DNA from: an uncultured Gammaproteobacteria bacterium | GTDB taxonomy: Bacteria; Patescibacteriota; Microgenomatia; UBA10105; UBA927 | DNA: 31,450 nt | Assembly (NCBI GenBank): GCA_964355865.1 | Contig: CAYHFH010000001.1 | Location: 6,184 to 37,633 of the forward strand | Direction: 5' to 3' | Shown here: positions 1 to 8,532 of the stretch, in pieces | Layout: the number at the start of each line of letters is the position of its first letter | How positions within the stretch are numbered: the stretch's first letter is position 1 | Notes under the pieces: generated by a model | What the model saw: only the letters and a program-made list of their open reading frames with translations | What the model was told of the DNA's origin: nothing | The model's database searches: none | Program-made: the position numbers and the translations under genes

Positions 1-367
1 TCCGTGGTGGAAACGTATGCATTGCCCAAGCGTAGAAGAGTAAAAGAAACGGCTTAACCAGTTCGGACGGCTGAAGTTGAATGCCACCAATAGTCAACCA
101 TCGTGTCGCGCCCCGGATAGCCGGCCCAATATACGAAATAGCAAGGAGGGCAAGTGACGCTATATATCCGAGCGGCGCCGCCCATACCATAAGCGTGCTA
201 TCGATGACGGCCACAAACGATCCCACACAAAGGGCAACAACGAGGATGATGAGTTGCTGAAAAAATAATTCCTGATTTACAGAAAGGAGAATAGACAAGC
301 CAAATGATCCTACCGTCAGGAAGAGGACGAGATCGACCCAGTCAATAGCGTGAGCGAATTTCCCCAT
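1..367 (-). CDS. rodA: Rod shape-determining SEDS peptidoglycan glycosyltransferase RodA (5' part; runs off window start)
   Basis: Not in the ORF track; translated by hand from ATG at 367: MGKFAHAIDWVDLVLFLTVGSFGLSILLS...GATRWLTIGGIQLQPSELVKPFLLLF. It has the SEDS motif GAxRW...QPSExxK. A separate ftsW lies in the dcw block, so this copy is probably RodA. It overlaps the ileS 3' end by 52 nt. Confidence 0.85.
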   Translation of the reverse strand, partial: MGKFAHAIDWVDLVLFLTVGSFGLSILLSVNQELFFQQLIILVVALCVGSFVAVIDSTLMVWAAPLGYIASLALLAISYIGPAIRGATRWLTIGGIQLQPSELVKPFLLLFYAWAMHTFPPR

Positions 368-3210
368 ACAATTTCATCAGCAAGCGTTTCTTTTTTTACG
401 CGGTCTACGAATTCTTGAGATAACTCCTTATACTCTTCCGGCACTTGTACGCGGATATGTGCGTTTATTGTACATCCTTTTTCTTTACGGAGAATCTGGA
501 TAGCCCGGACGAGCTGGCGCATACGCCCTTCTGCCACAAGTTCCGGCGTGCTCGTGGTATCAAGCACAACCGTTTGCTCTCCGTCACCGGAAATAATCTT
601 CACTTCTTTTACATTCAATTCCTCTCTGATAAGCTCGACATATTCTTCTTCCAGTTTGTATCTGCTATTTGTTATTTGCACTTTCTGGACCGGTTGCCGG
701 ACCGGAACTGAAGCTGTTTTTCTCTGCGCGTGCCCCGAGGCGCACACATCGCGGACAAATTGCATCTTTTCTTCCAACTCATGTCCCTTGTCGCTCGTCT
801 CCTGTCCCGCGATCGGCCAATCTTTATGATGGATACTGTCGCCTGTATTCATGAGATTTTGATACATTCGTTCGCTTATAAAGGGCGTCATCGGCGCCAT
901 GACGGTCACGAGTGTCGTGAGTACCCATCCATATACCTCCATGGCCTTCATGTCTTCCCGCAGTCGAATCCGGCTACGACGAAGATACCAAGTGGAAATA
1001 TGATCCAAAAATGCCAATACATCACGGCACGCGGCCACCGTATCGTAGGTATCCATATGGTGTGTGACATCGCGGGTGAGGGACTGCGTCAAACCGACAA
1101 GCCAACGATCCAAGACGTGGACGGCCGCGGGCATCTGTGACGGAATCGATGTTTGCCCGCGGTATAGGAGGTAAAATGATGCCAGATTCCAGAGTCTCGA
1201 GATGACATTCTGATATACATCCTTAACTCCCAACTCAGAAAAATTGAGATTCTCTCCCCTCATGACGACGGACTCCATGAGATAAAACCGAAGCGCATCG
1301 ACCCCATATTTTTCAAATAAATGGGTCGGGTCGGGAAAGTTCTTTTTGGATTTACTCATCTTTGTGCCATCCTCGGCCAATATCACCCCATGCGTCAGCG
1401 CATTTTCAAATGTATGCGTGCCAAAAAGTCCAACGGACATAACGTGAAGCGTATAAAACCAGGCACGCGTTTGGGAAATATACTCTACGATAAACTGCGC
1501 AGGGTGAGTCTCTTCAAAGAGTTCTTTGTGATCAAACGGATAATGAAGCGATGCATACGGCATACTTCCCGACTCCACCCAGCAGTCAAATACTTCGGGA
1601 ATCCTCTTGCCCTTTACCGTTTTTCCCTCATCCACCCAAACTTCTATATCATCCAAAAATTCCCGGTGAATGTCCGTAAGTTTCGCAACTTTTTCTGGAT
1701 CCACCGCCCACTTCTTCAATTCTTCAATCGACCCAATGATCCGCTGTTTCGTTTCGACTGAAGACTGAGGACTGAGGACTGAGGACTCCGTTTGGCTTCG
1801 CCACACCGGCATCGGCGTCCCCCAGTACCGTGACCGGGATATATTCCAGTCCGGTGCAGTTTCCAGTCCCTTCCCAAACCGGCCAAGCTTAAGATAATCC
1901 GGATACCAGTTGATGTTTCCGTTTTGTTTGACCATGTCATCTTTCATTTTGGCAATATTGATAAACCACGCCGGCACCGCGCTATAGTAAAGCGGCGTCT
2001 CACAGCGGTAGCAAAATGGATACGAGTGGACAGATTTTTCCGCCCGAAACAAAATGTCCCGGTCAATGAGATCCTGGACGATCCATTCCTCGGCTTTCTT
2101 AAAAAATATCCCCTTGAGGGGCTCCACAAACTCGAGATACCTCCCCTGATCGTCAAGCATCGGGACGAGGGGAAGATCAAGCGTTTGGGCAAATTTATAA
2201 TCATCCTCGCCGTATATGGCCGCTGTATGCACCATTCCCGTCCCTTCCTCAAGGGAGACGAAATCACCCGCACCCACATAGAAGGCCTTTTTACCATCTA
2301 ATGGAAGAAACGGATAGAGCGGCTCATACTCCCGTCCCACAAGCTTTTCCCCGAGGACTTTTTCTAAAATTTTTACTTCCCAATTCTCTTCCTGTGTGAC
2401 ACTGGCAACCCGTTTTTCCGCTACCCAAATCAATTTATCGCCCACGGATACTTTCACATACGTGGCTTTGGGGTGCACAGCAAGAGCGACGTTACCGATG
2501 AGCGTCCAGGGGGTCGTCGTCCACGCGACAAAGTATTCATTCTCCGTGCCCTTCACGCGAAACATGACGAACACTGAATGATCTTCTACATCTTTGTAGC
2601 TATTGTCCATGGCGATCTCAAAGTTCGATAGGGGGGTTGCGCACCGGGGACAGTAGAGGATTATCTTGCGGCCTTCATAGAGGAGCCCTTTGTCACTCAA
2701 TTTTTTAAACGCCCACCAGATGGATTCCATGTAGGGCTTATCCATCGTTTTATAGGAATGAGCAAAGTCCACCCATCGCCCGATCCTTCTGATCACTTTT
2801 TCCCATTCTTTATCAAAACGAAGAATGGCGGATCTGCACGCCGCATTAAACTTTCCGATTCCCATTTCCTCGATTCCTTTTTTCCCGCCCTTGAGTTCGA
2901 GCTCCTTTTCGATCATGTTCTCAATCGGTATCCCATGGCAATCCCATCCCCACACGCGGTCTACGCGATACCCCTTCATCGTCCAGTAACGCGGGATTGC
3001 GTCTTTGATGACCGAGGTGAGGATATGGCCATAATGCGGCAGGCCTGTCGCAAACGGCGGCCCGTCGTAAAATACGTACCGTTTATTTTCAGGCCGCATC
3101 GAGACGGACTTTTCAAACGCTTTCGTCTCGTCCCAATACTCCAAAACCTCATGCTCAAGCTTGGCAAGGTCTACTTTTTCCTGCGGATTTTTTATCGTAA
3201 GGGATATCAT
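316..3210 (-). CDS. ileS: Isoleucine--tRNA ligase, type 2 (archaeal/eukaryote-like)
   Basis: YDGPPFATGLPHYGH (HIGH), GWDCHGIPIE, WTTTPWTL, GTGMVH, DWNISRSRYWGTP and KMSKS motifs. No C-terminal Zn finger of type 1. ATG at 3210 preferred over GTG at 3219 because TATAAT lies only 3 nt upstream of the GTG. Confidence 0.97.
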   Translation of the reverse strand: MISLTIKNPQEKVDLAKLEHEVLEYWDETKAFEKSVSMRPENKRYVFYDGPPFATGLPHYGHILTSVIKDAIPRYWTMKGYRVDRVWGWDCHGIPIENMIEKELELKGGKKGIEEMGIGKFNAACRSAILRFDKEWEKVIRRIGRWVDFAHSYKTMDKPYMESIWWAFKKLSDKGLLYEGRKIILYCPRCATPLSNFEIAMDNSYKDVEDHSVFVMFRVKGTENEYFVAWTTTPWTLIGNVALAVHPKATYVKVSVGDKLIWVAEKRVASVTQEENWEVKILEKVLGEKLVGREYEPLYPFLPLDGKKAFYVGAGDFVSLEEGTGMVHTAAIYGEDDYKFAQTLDLPLVPMLDDQGRYLEFVEPLKGIFFKKAEEWIVQDLIDRDILFRAEKSVHSYPFCYRCETPLYYSAVPAWFINIAKMKDDMVKQNGNINWYPDYLKLGRFGKGLETAPDWNISRSRYWGTPMPVWRSQTESSVLSPQSSVETKQRIIGSIEELKKWAVDPEKVAKLTDIHREFLDDIEVWVDEGKTVKGKRIPEVFDCWVESGSMPYASLHYPFDHKELFEETHPAQFIVEYISQTRAWFYTLHVMSVGLFGTHTFENALTHGVILAEDGTKMSKSKKNFPDPTHLFEKYGVDALRFYLMESVVMRGENLNFSELGVKDVYQNVISRLWNLASFYLLYRGQTSIPSQMPAAVHVLDRWLVGLTQSLTRDVTHHMDTYDTVAACRDVLAFLDHISTWYLRRSRIRLREDMKAMEVYGWVLTTLVTVMAPMTPFISERMYQNLMNTGDSIHHKDWPIAGQETSDKGHELEEKMQFVRDVCASGHAQRKTASVPVRQPVQKVQITNSRYKLEEEYVELIREELNVKEVKIISGDGEQTVVLDTTSTPELVAEGRMRQLVRAIQILRKEKGCTINAHIRVQVPEEYKELSQEFVDRVKKETLADEIVWGNSLTLLTGSISSSS
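658..678 (-). repeat. Degenerate heptamer tandem (CAAATAA CAAATAG CAGATAC) inside ileS
   Basis: Three 7-nt units seen directly; encodes QITNSRY. Confidence 0.4.
780..807 (+). repeat. Degenerate heptamer tandem (CATGTCC CTTGTCG CTCGTCT CCTGTCC) inside ileS
   Basis: Four 7-nt units sharing CnnGTCn; encodes GQETSDKGH on the minus strand. Confidence 0.4.
1756..1787 (+). repeat. Heptamer tandem repeat GACTGAG x~4.5 inside ileS
   Basis: GACTGAA GACTGAG GACTGAG GACTGAG GACT; encodes SVLSPQSSV in IleRS. Confidence 0.9.
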
Positions 3211-3215
3211 TACTG

Positions 3216-4730
3216 TCACTTAATTATATACTCAGGGTTCGTCTTATACAATCTCGCTCCCCCGACGGAATGTTCAAGCATAATTCTCCCGGACTTTTCC
3301 ATATTTCCAATCGCCTCGTTCCAATGATCATTGGATTCAAGAATTTGTGTGAGCCATTGATCGGGCCGAGTATCGACTACAAGAAATGTTGCACGATTAT
3401 CAAAATCCAGCCACCAGCAGCCTGCGTGTCCGCACGTAGTCCCGAGCGGAGTCGAGGGATCAAAATCGTGCACCCGGGGCCAAACGAGGTAAATCTGGTT
3501 GCGGTGTGAAAGATGAGGGATCAAATTCTGCTGTGTCGCAACTGCGGCACCTGGGGGAACCAATGCAAATAATCTACGATTATCCTCCATCCACGCCTCC
3601 TTCTTCCAGTACTCTGCCTTTACTAACTTATTCAGTGGCAAATGCCAAATGTATTGAAGGACAAGAGCAACTCCTAAAAGCACTACCGCCGCCCGCTGTG
3701 GCGCAATCCTCCATCGCTTGAGAAATACAAGCGCGTCGAGGGCTCCAAGAGTCAGAAACACGCCCAGCGTCGCGCGGTGGTGCATAAACGGACTCCACAT
3801 GCGGCTAAACTCCGGGCCAGTCACAAAATACTGTGCGAGGTCAAAAAAAATTGCGAGGATCGCCCCTGGGGCAAGAATGGGTAAAAATGCAAAACTTGCA
3901 AATGTATACCACCAAACCTGACGTTTCTCCTCTGAGTCGAAAAACTGCTGCAAGATAATCACGGGGTTAGGCGATATCTGCGGCCAATATTGGAAGCCGG
4001 TGGGAGAAAAACTCGCCACAACTTTTGACGCCAAAAGGCTAAAACCAACCCCGCCAATGATAAACGCTATCGCCATGAGGCGGAATTTCTTATGAAAAAA
4101 ATAGATAAATCCCAACGAGGCAAGCGCGATCCCCATATTCTCCTGCGTCAGGAGTAGCAGGATTATTGAGATGATCAACCATTTGATTTTCCCTGATTCC
4201 AAAAAATATGCTATCCACACCAGGAGCCCAACCCCAATCACCACGGGATGAAAATCAAAGTAAACAAGGTACTGGATGCCATAAAAGAGGCTATAAATAA
4301 CCGCGAGACACAGAGCGATTATGCTACTTTTCTTGTCATCCTCGGGCTTGACCAGAGGATCCAGCTTACTATCTCCAAATCTAATTCTTGCAATCTTATA
4401 AATAGCGAGCGCCGAAAAGCTTATCCAAAAGGCTTGGAAAATAAGAAGCATCCGGACATCATCCCAAAGCCAGAAAAGCGGTGCGAGGAGCGGAAGTGTG
4501 AGCGTCAGGTGATCACCCAAAATAAACCGGTCTTTGATGGTATTGTACGGCCACTGAAAATTCGCATACTGCCAGACCGCTTGGTCATATAACCCCAAAT
4601 CAAACCCCCCGGATTGAAAGTGATTATGCCGTACTATCGACAGCGTGCTATACGCTATAGATAAACCAATAACCCAGCAAAGAAGAATAGTTTTTGTATT
4701 TTGCTTAATGAAAAAAGAGATTGATTTCAC
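3216..4730 (-). CDS. DUF2079-like multi-pass membrane protein (putative GT-C fold glycosyltransferase)
   Basis: 504 aa with many TM segments. H.HFQSGGFDLGLYDQAVW, LGDHLT, FDFHP and QENMG motifs are typical of DUF2079 as recalled. Confidence 0.75.
   Translation of the reverse strand: MKSISFFIKQNTKTILLCWVIGLSIAYSTLSIVRHNHFQSGGFDLGLYDQAVWQYANFQWPYNTIKDRFILGDHLTLTLPLLAPLFWLWDDVRMLLIFQAFWISFSALAIYKIARIRFGDSKLDPLVKPEDDKKSSIIALCLAVIYSLFYGIQYLVYFDFHPVVIGVGLLVWIAYFLESGKIKWLIISIILLLLTQENMGIALASLGFIYFFHKKFRLMAIAFIIGGVGFSLLASKVVASFSPTGFQYWPQISPNPVIILQQFFDSEEKRQVWWYTFASFAFLPILAPGAILAIFFDLAQYFVTGPEFSRMWSPFMHHRATLGVFLTLGALDALVFLKRWRIAPQRAAVVLLGVALVLQYIWHLPLNKLVKAEYWKKEAWMEDNRRLFALVPPGAAVATQQNLIPHLSHRNQIYLVWPRVHDFDPSTPLGTTCGHAGCWWLDFDNRATFLVVDTRPDQWLTQILESNDHWNEAIGNMEKSGRIMLEHSVGGARLYKTNPEYIIK
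3223..3228 (-). promoter_or_regulatory. Candidate internal -10 box (TATAAT) for ileS
   Basis: Perfect TATAAT 12 nt upstream of the ATG at 3210, within the end of the upstream CDS. Confidence 0.4.
3436..3459 (+). repeat. GTAG-tagged REP-like imperfect palindrome inside the DUF2079 CDS
   Basis: GTAG TCCCGAGCGGAGTCGAGGGA; encodes PSTPLGT on the minus strand. Confidence 0.65.
4334..4362 (+). repeat. (C/T)GTC-tagged REP/RPE-like palindrome inside the DUF2079 CDS
   Basis: TGTC ATCCTC G GG CTTGA CC A GAGGAT CC: stem ATCCTC/GAGGAT plus GG/CC; encodes LDPLVKPEDD on the minus strand. Confidence 0.75.
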
Positions 4731-4736
4731 TCATCA

Positions 4737-4745
4737 ATTGTAACA
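4737..4745 (-). promoter_or_regulatory. Extended -10 promoter (TG-T-TACAAT), probably leaderless, for the DUF2079 gene
   Basis: TGTTACAAT followed by exactly 6 nt and then GTG at 4730. Confidence 0.5.
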
Positions 4746-4764
4746 CTCTTCACTCCTCTGTCTC

Positions 4765-4787
4765 AAAAACGCGGGCTTGCCTCGCGT
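4765..4787 (-). terminator. Candidate intrinsic terminator after the Fic gene
   Basis: Minus strand ACGCG-A-GG-CAAG-CC-CGCGT followed by TTTT, 14 nt downstream of the stop at 4802. Confidence 0.55.
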
Positions 4788-4801
4788 GCTTTCAACTCTT
4801 T

Positions 4802-5875
4802 TTACTTCTTTCGGTATCTGGCACCCCTCCCAATACCGAGCATTTCTATTTTCTCTATACGTTGCAATTTCACAAGAGCTTGTTTCACAGTGGCACGGGA
4901 TACACCGGAATATTTGACAATGTTTCCTATAGTGGTCTCCTCTGTATGTTGTATATATTGCCAAACCGCAAGCTGATTTTTCGATAAAATCTTCTCTACA
5001 TGTTCATCGGTTATGAGTCCAACCGCAAGCTTTGATTGCCGCAGCACAATCTCAAGAAAAAACGATAACCACGGTTCCAGATTCTCATGATCCGTCCCGA
5101 ACGTATTTTGGCTTTTCCGAAGCGCCATATAGTAATCAGGTTTATTATCTTCAATCAGTTTTTCATGAGAGATATACGGAATATACGCATAGCCCGCCTG
5201 GAGTAACAAAATATTCGTAAGTATTCGCGAAAGGCGCCCATTTCCATCCTCAAACGGATGGATTTTCAAAAACTCTACAAGAAATGAACCAATGATAAGG
5301 AGTGGGTGTTGTACTTTTTTTGTCAAGGCGCCTTGCGTCCATTCTACAAGATCCAGCATGGCTGTGGGCGTAAGATATGCCGGTATCGTATCAAATAATA
5401 TTCCTATGGATTGACCTGCCTCATCAATCATGACGACTTTATTTTCTTTCTTTTTATACTCTCCCATGTGAAAAACATCTTTATCCGCGTATTTCAGAAG
5501 TTCTTTATGAAATGACTTGATTAGGTTTTCGCTCATGTGAAGCGTTTTCCAGCCATCGAACACCTGGACAAGCAATTCGTAATACCCCTTCACTTCCTGT
5601 ACGTCACGATCTCTGAATTTCTGAATCGAAATGCCACGCATAAGGCCATCAATATCTTCATCGGAAAGTCGAGCACCTTCAATGCGAGTCGAAGCGCCTG
5701 TTGAGGTAATGAGAACGGATTGTTTGAGACTCCCCAAGACTTGTGGATGGAGTTTGGCTCCCGCGACCCATTGTCCCTTGAGTTCATCAATCTTGGCAAT
5801 AGCAGAGAGAATCCGGGAAATACTCTCGGGGGAAAGCTGGTTTATTCTGGTATCAAACTTGGAAATAGTGATCAT
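4802..5875 (-). CDS. Fic family protein (class II-like) with C-terminal winged HTH
   Basis: HPFEDGNGRLSR catalytic motif, N-terminal STRIEG matching the inhibitory (S/T)xxxE(G/N) motif, and a C-terminal HTH-like segment (TIGNIVKYSGVSRATVKQALVKL). Confidence 0.92.
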   Translation of the reverse strand: MITISKFDTRINQLSPESISRILSAIAKIDELKGQWVAGAKLHPQVLGSLKQSVLITSTGASTRIEGARLSDEDIDGLMRGISIQKFRDRDVQEVKGYYELLVQVFDGWKTLHMSENLIKSFHKELLKYADKDVFHMGEYKKKENKVVMIDEAGQSIGILFDTIPAYLTPTAMLDLVEWTQGALTKKVQHPLLIIGSFLVEFLKIHPFEDGNGRLSRILTNILLLQAGYAYIPYISHEKLIEDNKPDYYMALRKSQNTFGTDHENLEPWLSFFLEIVLRQSKLAVGLITDEHVEKILSKNQLAVWQYIQHTEETTIGNIVKYSGVSRATVKQALVKLQRIEKIEMLGIGRGARYRKK

Positions 5876-5900
5876 AGTAGATTGGAAAATTCAACTATAG

Positions 5901-5932
5901 CCAATCATAGCCATATATAACCATAAAGTCAA
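5901..5932 (-). promoter_or_regulatory. Sigma70-type promoter of the Fic gene, overlapped by three 10-bp-periodic TGG(C/T)TAT repeats
   Basis: TTGACT (5932-5927), 17 nt, TATGAT (5909-5904). CCA on + at 5901, 5911 and 5921. Confidence 0.65.
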
Positions 5933-5972
5933 CAGCTTAAGCTAAATTCTTCAAGGAAGCAAAGTAAGAATA

Positions 5973-7163
5973 CTAGCTTCTTTGACGCAGAAATGCAGGA
6001 ATATCAAATTCGTCTTCCTCCGGCGGGAGATCGTCGGCAGGATATACGCTCGCGGGCTTGGGTTGCGGCTGTACGGTTCGCGTTTGAGTAGAATCACTTA
6101 CGACCGAGGTCGCGGGTCTCGTAAATGTCGTGGGAAGCCCTCCATCAGCACGGACATAGGCGCCCATTGCCGGCGCGGGCCGGCCGGAAAGCTCACGCAG
6201 TCTCTTTTTTGTCTCATCAAATCCTGTCGCGATCACCGTAATTCTGATCTGATCGACAAGACTCTCATCGATCGTGGCTCCAAATATGATATTGGCGTCC
6301 GGATCGACTGCGGAAGCAATCTGCTTGGCCGCTTCATCAACCTCTGCCATCGTGAGGTCGCTTCCTCCGGTGATATTAAAGAGGACTCCCTTGGCGCCTT
6401 CGATGGAAATTTCCAGAAGCGGCGACGCAATGGCGGTCCGGGCCGCCGTCGCGGCACGGTTTTCTCCGACTCCGGTGCCGATGCCCATGAGCGAACTTCC
6501 GGCATTGGTCATGATCGACCGAACGTCAGCAAAATCGACGTTGATGAGCCCCGGCATCGTGATGAGATCGGATATCCCCTGCACACCTTGGGAAAGTACG
6601 GAGTCGGCGACACGGAACGCTTCCAGAAGCGTCATCTTTTTATCGATGACTTCCAGTAACCGCTGATTGGGGATGACGATGAGCGTATCCACTTTATCCT
6701 TGAGAGTCATGATGCCTTCTTCGGCAGACACCATGCGCCGCGCGCCTTCAAAATGGAATGGTTTGGTCACGACGGCCACCGTGAGCGCTCCCATTTCTTT
6801 GGCCAGTTCCGCGATGACCGGGGTGGCACCCGTCCCGGTGCCGCCGCCTTCGCCGCACGTCAAAAATACCATGTCCGTATCACGCAAAAACTCTTTAAGT
6901 TTTTCCTTGGATTCCTCCGCGGCCTGCCGGCCAATGTCCGGGTTGCCACCGGCCCCTAAGCCACGGGTAAGATTTTCACCGATCTGTATTTTCGTCTGGG
7001 CTTGACAGGTCAGAAGCGCCTGCGCGTCACAATTGACGCCCAAAAAGTCCACGCCATTAATCTGGTTGAGCGTGATCATCGAACTAATTGCGTTGCATCC
7101 TCCACCGCCGATACCGATGACTTTAATTTTTGCAAAGCGGGCGATATCCGGTTTAATGAGCAT
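5973..7163 (-). CDS. ftsZ: Cell division protein FtsZ
   Basis: [13 protein letters not shown], tubulin signature [18 protein letters not shown]7 loop, C-terminal DIPAFLR peptide. Confidence 0.99.
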   Translation of the reverse strand: MLIKPDIARFAKIKVIGIGGGGCNAISSMITLNQINGVDFLGVNCDAQALLTCQAQTKIQIGENLTRGLGAGGNPDIGRQAAEESKEKLKEFLRDTDMVFLTCGEGGGTGTGATPVIAELAKEMGALTVAVVTKPFHFEGARRMVSAEEGIMTLKDKVDTLIVIPNQRLLEVIDKKMTLLEAFRVADSVLSQGVQGISDLITMPGLINVDFADVRSIMTNAGSSLMGIGTGVGENRAATAARTAIASPLLEISIEGAKGVLFNITGGSDLTMAEVDEAAKQIASAVDPDANIIFGATIDESLVDQIRITVIATGFDETKKRLRELSGRPAPAMGAYVRADGGLPTTFTRPATSVVSDSTQTRTVQPQPKPASVYPADDLPPEEDEFDIPAFLRQRS

Positions 7164-7211
7164 AAAACATAAATCTACTAGGGGCAGCTAGAAGAATACA
7201 AAGAATAATAA

Positions 7212-8522
7212 TTACGGCAAAAATGACTTTACCAAATCAATGACCTTCCCTGCAATCCCTTTGACCTGAAACTTACTCCCGAGCCGCGCAAATCCTGCAA
7301 ATCCCCGTCCGGTTTCATTTTTTCCGGACTTGGCGCCGTACAAAAGAAGTCCGACACTTGTGGCATATGCGGGGCTCATGATTTCGTCTATGAGTCCGCT
7401 GATTTTTCCGGGGATAGCAGTATGGACCGGCATGGCAAGATTGCGGCGTGCGGCTTCCACAGCCCCGACCGTCAGCGCCCCGCCTCCGGTCAATACGATG
7501 CCGGACGGAGTCATGCCACCAAAGCCACTCCGTTTTATCTCGAGACCCACCATCGTAAAGATCTCATTGAGTCTGGGCCGGACGATGCCATCAATGAGGG
7601 TCTTTTTGGATACCGAGCGCATTTCTTCCGGGAGCCCCAAATGAGAGAGATCAATGTCATCGCCCACCGGTTCGCCGGGCTTTTTCTTCATGGTAATTTC
7701 CATCCCGTCATCGGGCAATACCGACGTTTTGGGAACGAGTGACAACGCAATTTTGATCTTCTCCGCGCTTTCAAGGGACACCCGAAGCCCAGCGGCAATA
7801 TCCTTGGTAATATTGATGGCTCCCACCGGAATGACGGAAGAATACGAAAGGGCGCCTTCGATAAATATCGCGACATCCGTCGTCCCACCGCCCACATCCA
7901 CAAGCACGACGCCTAATTCCTTCTCTGTATCGGTAAGCGACGCGTACGAGGAGGCCAAACCTCCAAATACGATGTCACCGATATCCACACCCAATTCCTC
8001 CACACATTTATGATGATTGCGTACCGCCGTAGCGCCCCCGGTGACGAGATGTGTATCTACCTCGAGGCGCACTCCTGTCATGCCGACAGGATCCACAATC
8101 CCCTCTTGGCCATCCACGATATACCCACGCGGCAATACATGCAGCACCTCACGCGATGACGGAAGTTGTACGGCTTTTGCCGCATCGATGACCCGTGCCA
8201 CATCCTGTGGAGTAATTTCCTTGTCCGGTTCGCTTACCGCGACTACCCCATGGGAATTAAGCGACGTGATGTGGTTGCCGCCGATAGAGACATATGCCAT
8301 CCCGACCGTCGTCCCCGCCATACGTTCTGCCGCTTCAAGGGACTTAGATATTGACGCGGTTGCGTCTTCAATATTGACCACCTGGCCTTTCCTCAGGCCG
8401 TGACTTGAGACCGTCGAGACTCCTAATACGTTGACGGTATCTTCTTCACCGATAGAAGCGATGAGAGTCGTGATTTTGGATGAGCCGATGTCGATGCTTG
8501 AAATTGTTCTATCACGAGCCAT
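7212..8522 (-). CDS. ftsA: Cell division protein FtsA
   Basis: IDIGSSKI, LVDVGGGTTD and VLTGGGAL actin-fold motifs; start placed at MARDRT. Confidence 0.97.
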   Translation of the reverse strand: MARDRTISSIDIGSSKITTLIASIGEEDTVNVLGVSTVSSHGLRKGQVVNIEDATASISKSLEAAERMAGTTVGMAYVSIGGNHITSLNSHGVVAVSEPDKEITPQDVARVIDAAKAVQLPSSREVLHVLPRGYIVDGQEGIVDPVGMTGVRLEVDTHLVTGGATAVRNHHKCVEELGVDIGDIVFGGLASSYASLTDTEKELGVVLVDVGGGTTDVAIFIEGALSYSSVIPVGAINITKDIAAGLRVSLESAEKIKIALSLVPKTSVLPDDGMEITMKKKPGEPVGDDIDLSHLGLPEEMRSVSKKTLIDGIVRPRLNEIFTMVGLEIKRSGFGGMTPSGIVLTGGGALTVGAVEAARRNLAMPVHTAIPGKISGLIDEIMSPAYATSVGLLLYGAKSGKNETGRGFAGFARLGSKFQVKGIAGKVIDLVKSFLP

Positions 8523-8532
8523 GATGGTGGAT

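Noticed and set aside
4734-4964. 76-aa minus-strand ORF spanning the Fic end and the intergenic gap
   Set aside because: Alternate frame of the Fic gene, runs through the terminator-like hairpin, and has no motif.
5933-5972. Terminator between ftsZ and the Fic gene
   Set aside because: Only a weak ATTCTT/AAGAAT pairing and no U-tract; read-through from ftsZ cannot be excluded.
6020-6200. Low-complexity Pro/Thr/Ser-rich stretch in FtsZ
   Set aside because: This is the normal disordered linker before the C-terminal peptide; no DNA-level tandem repeat is visible.
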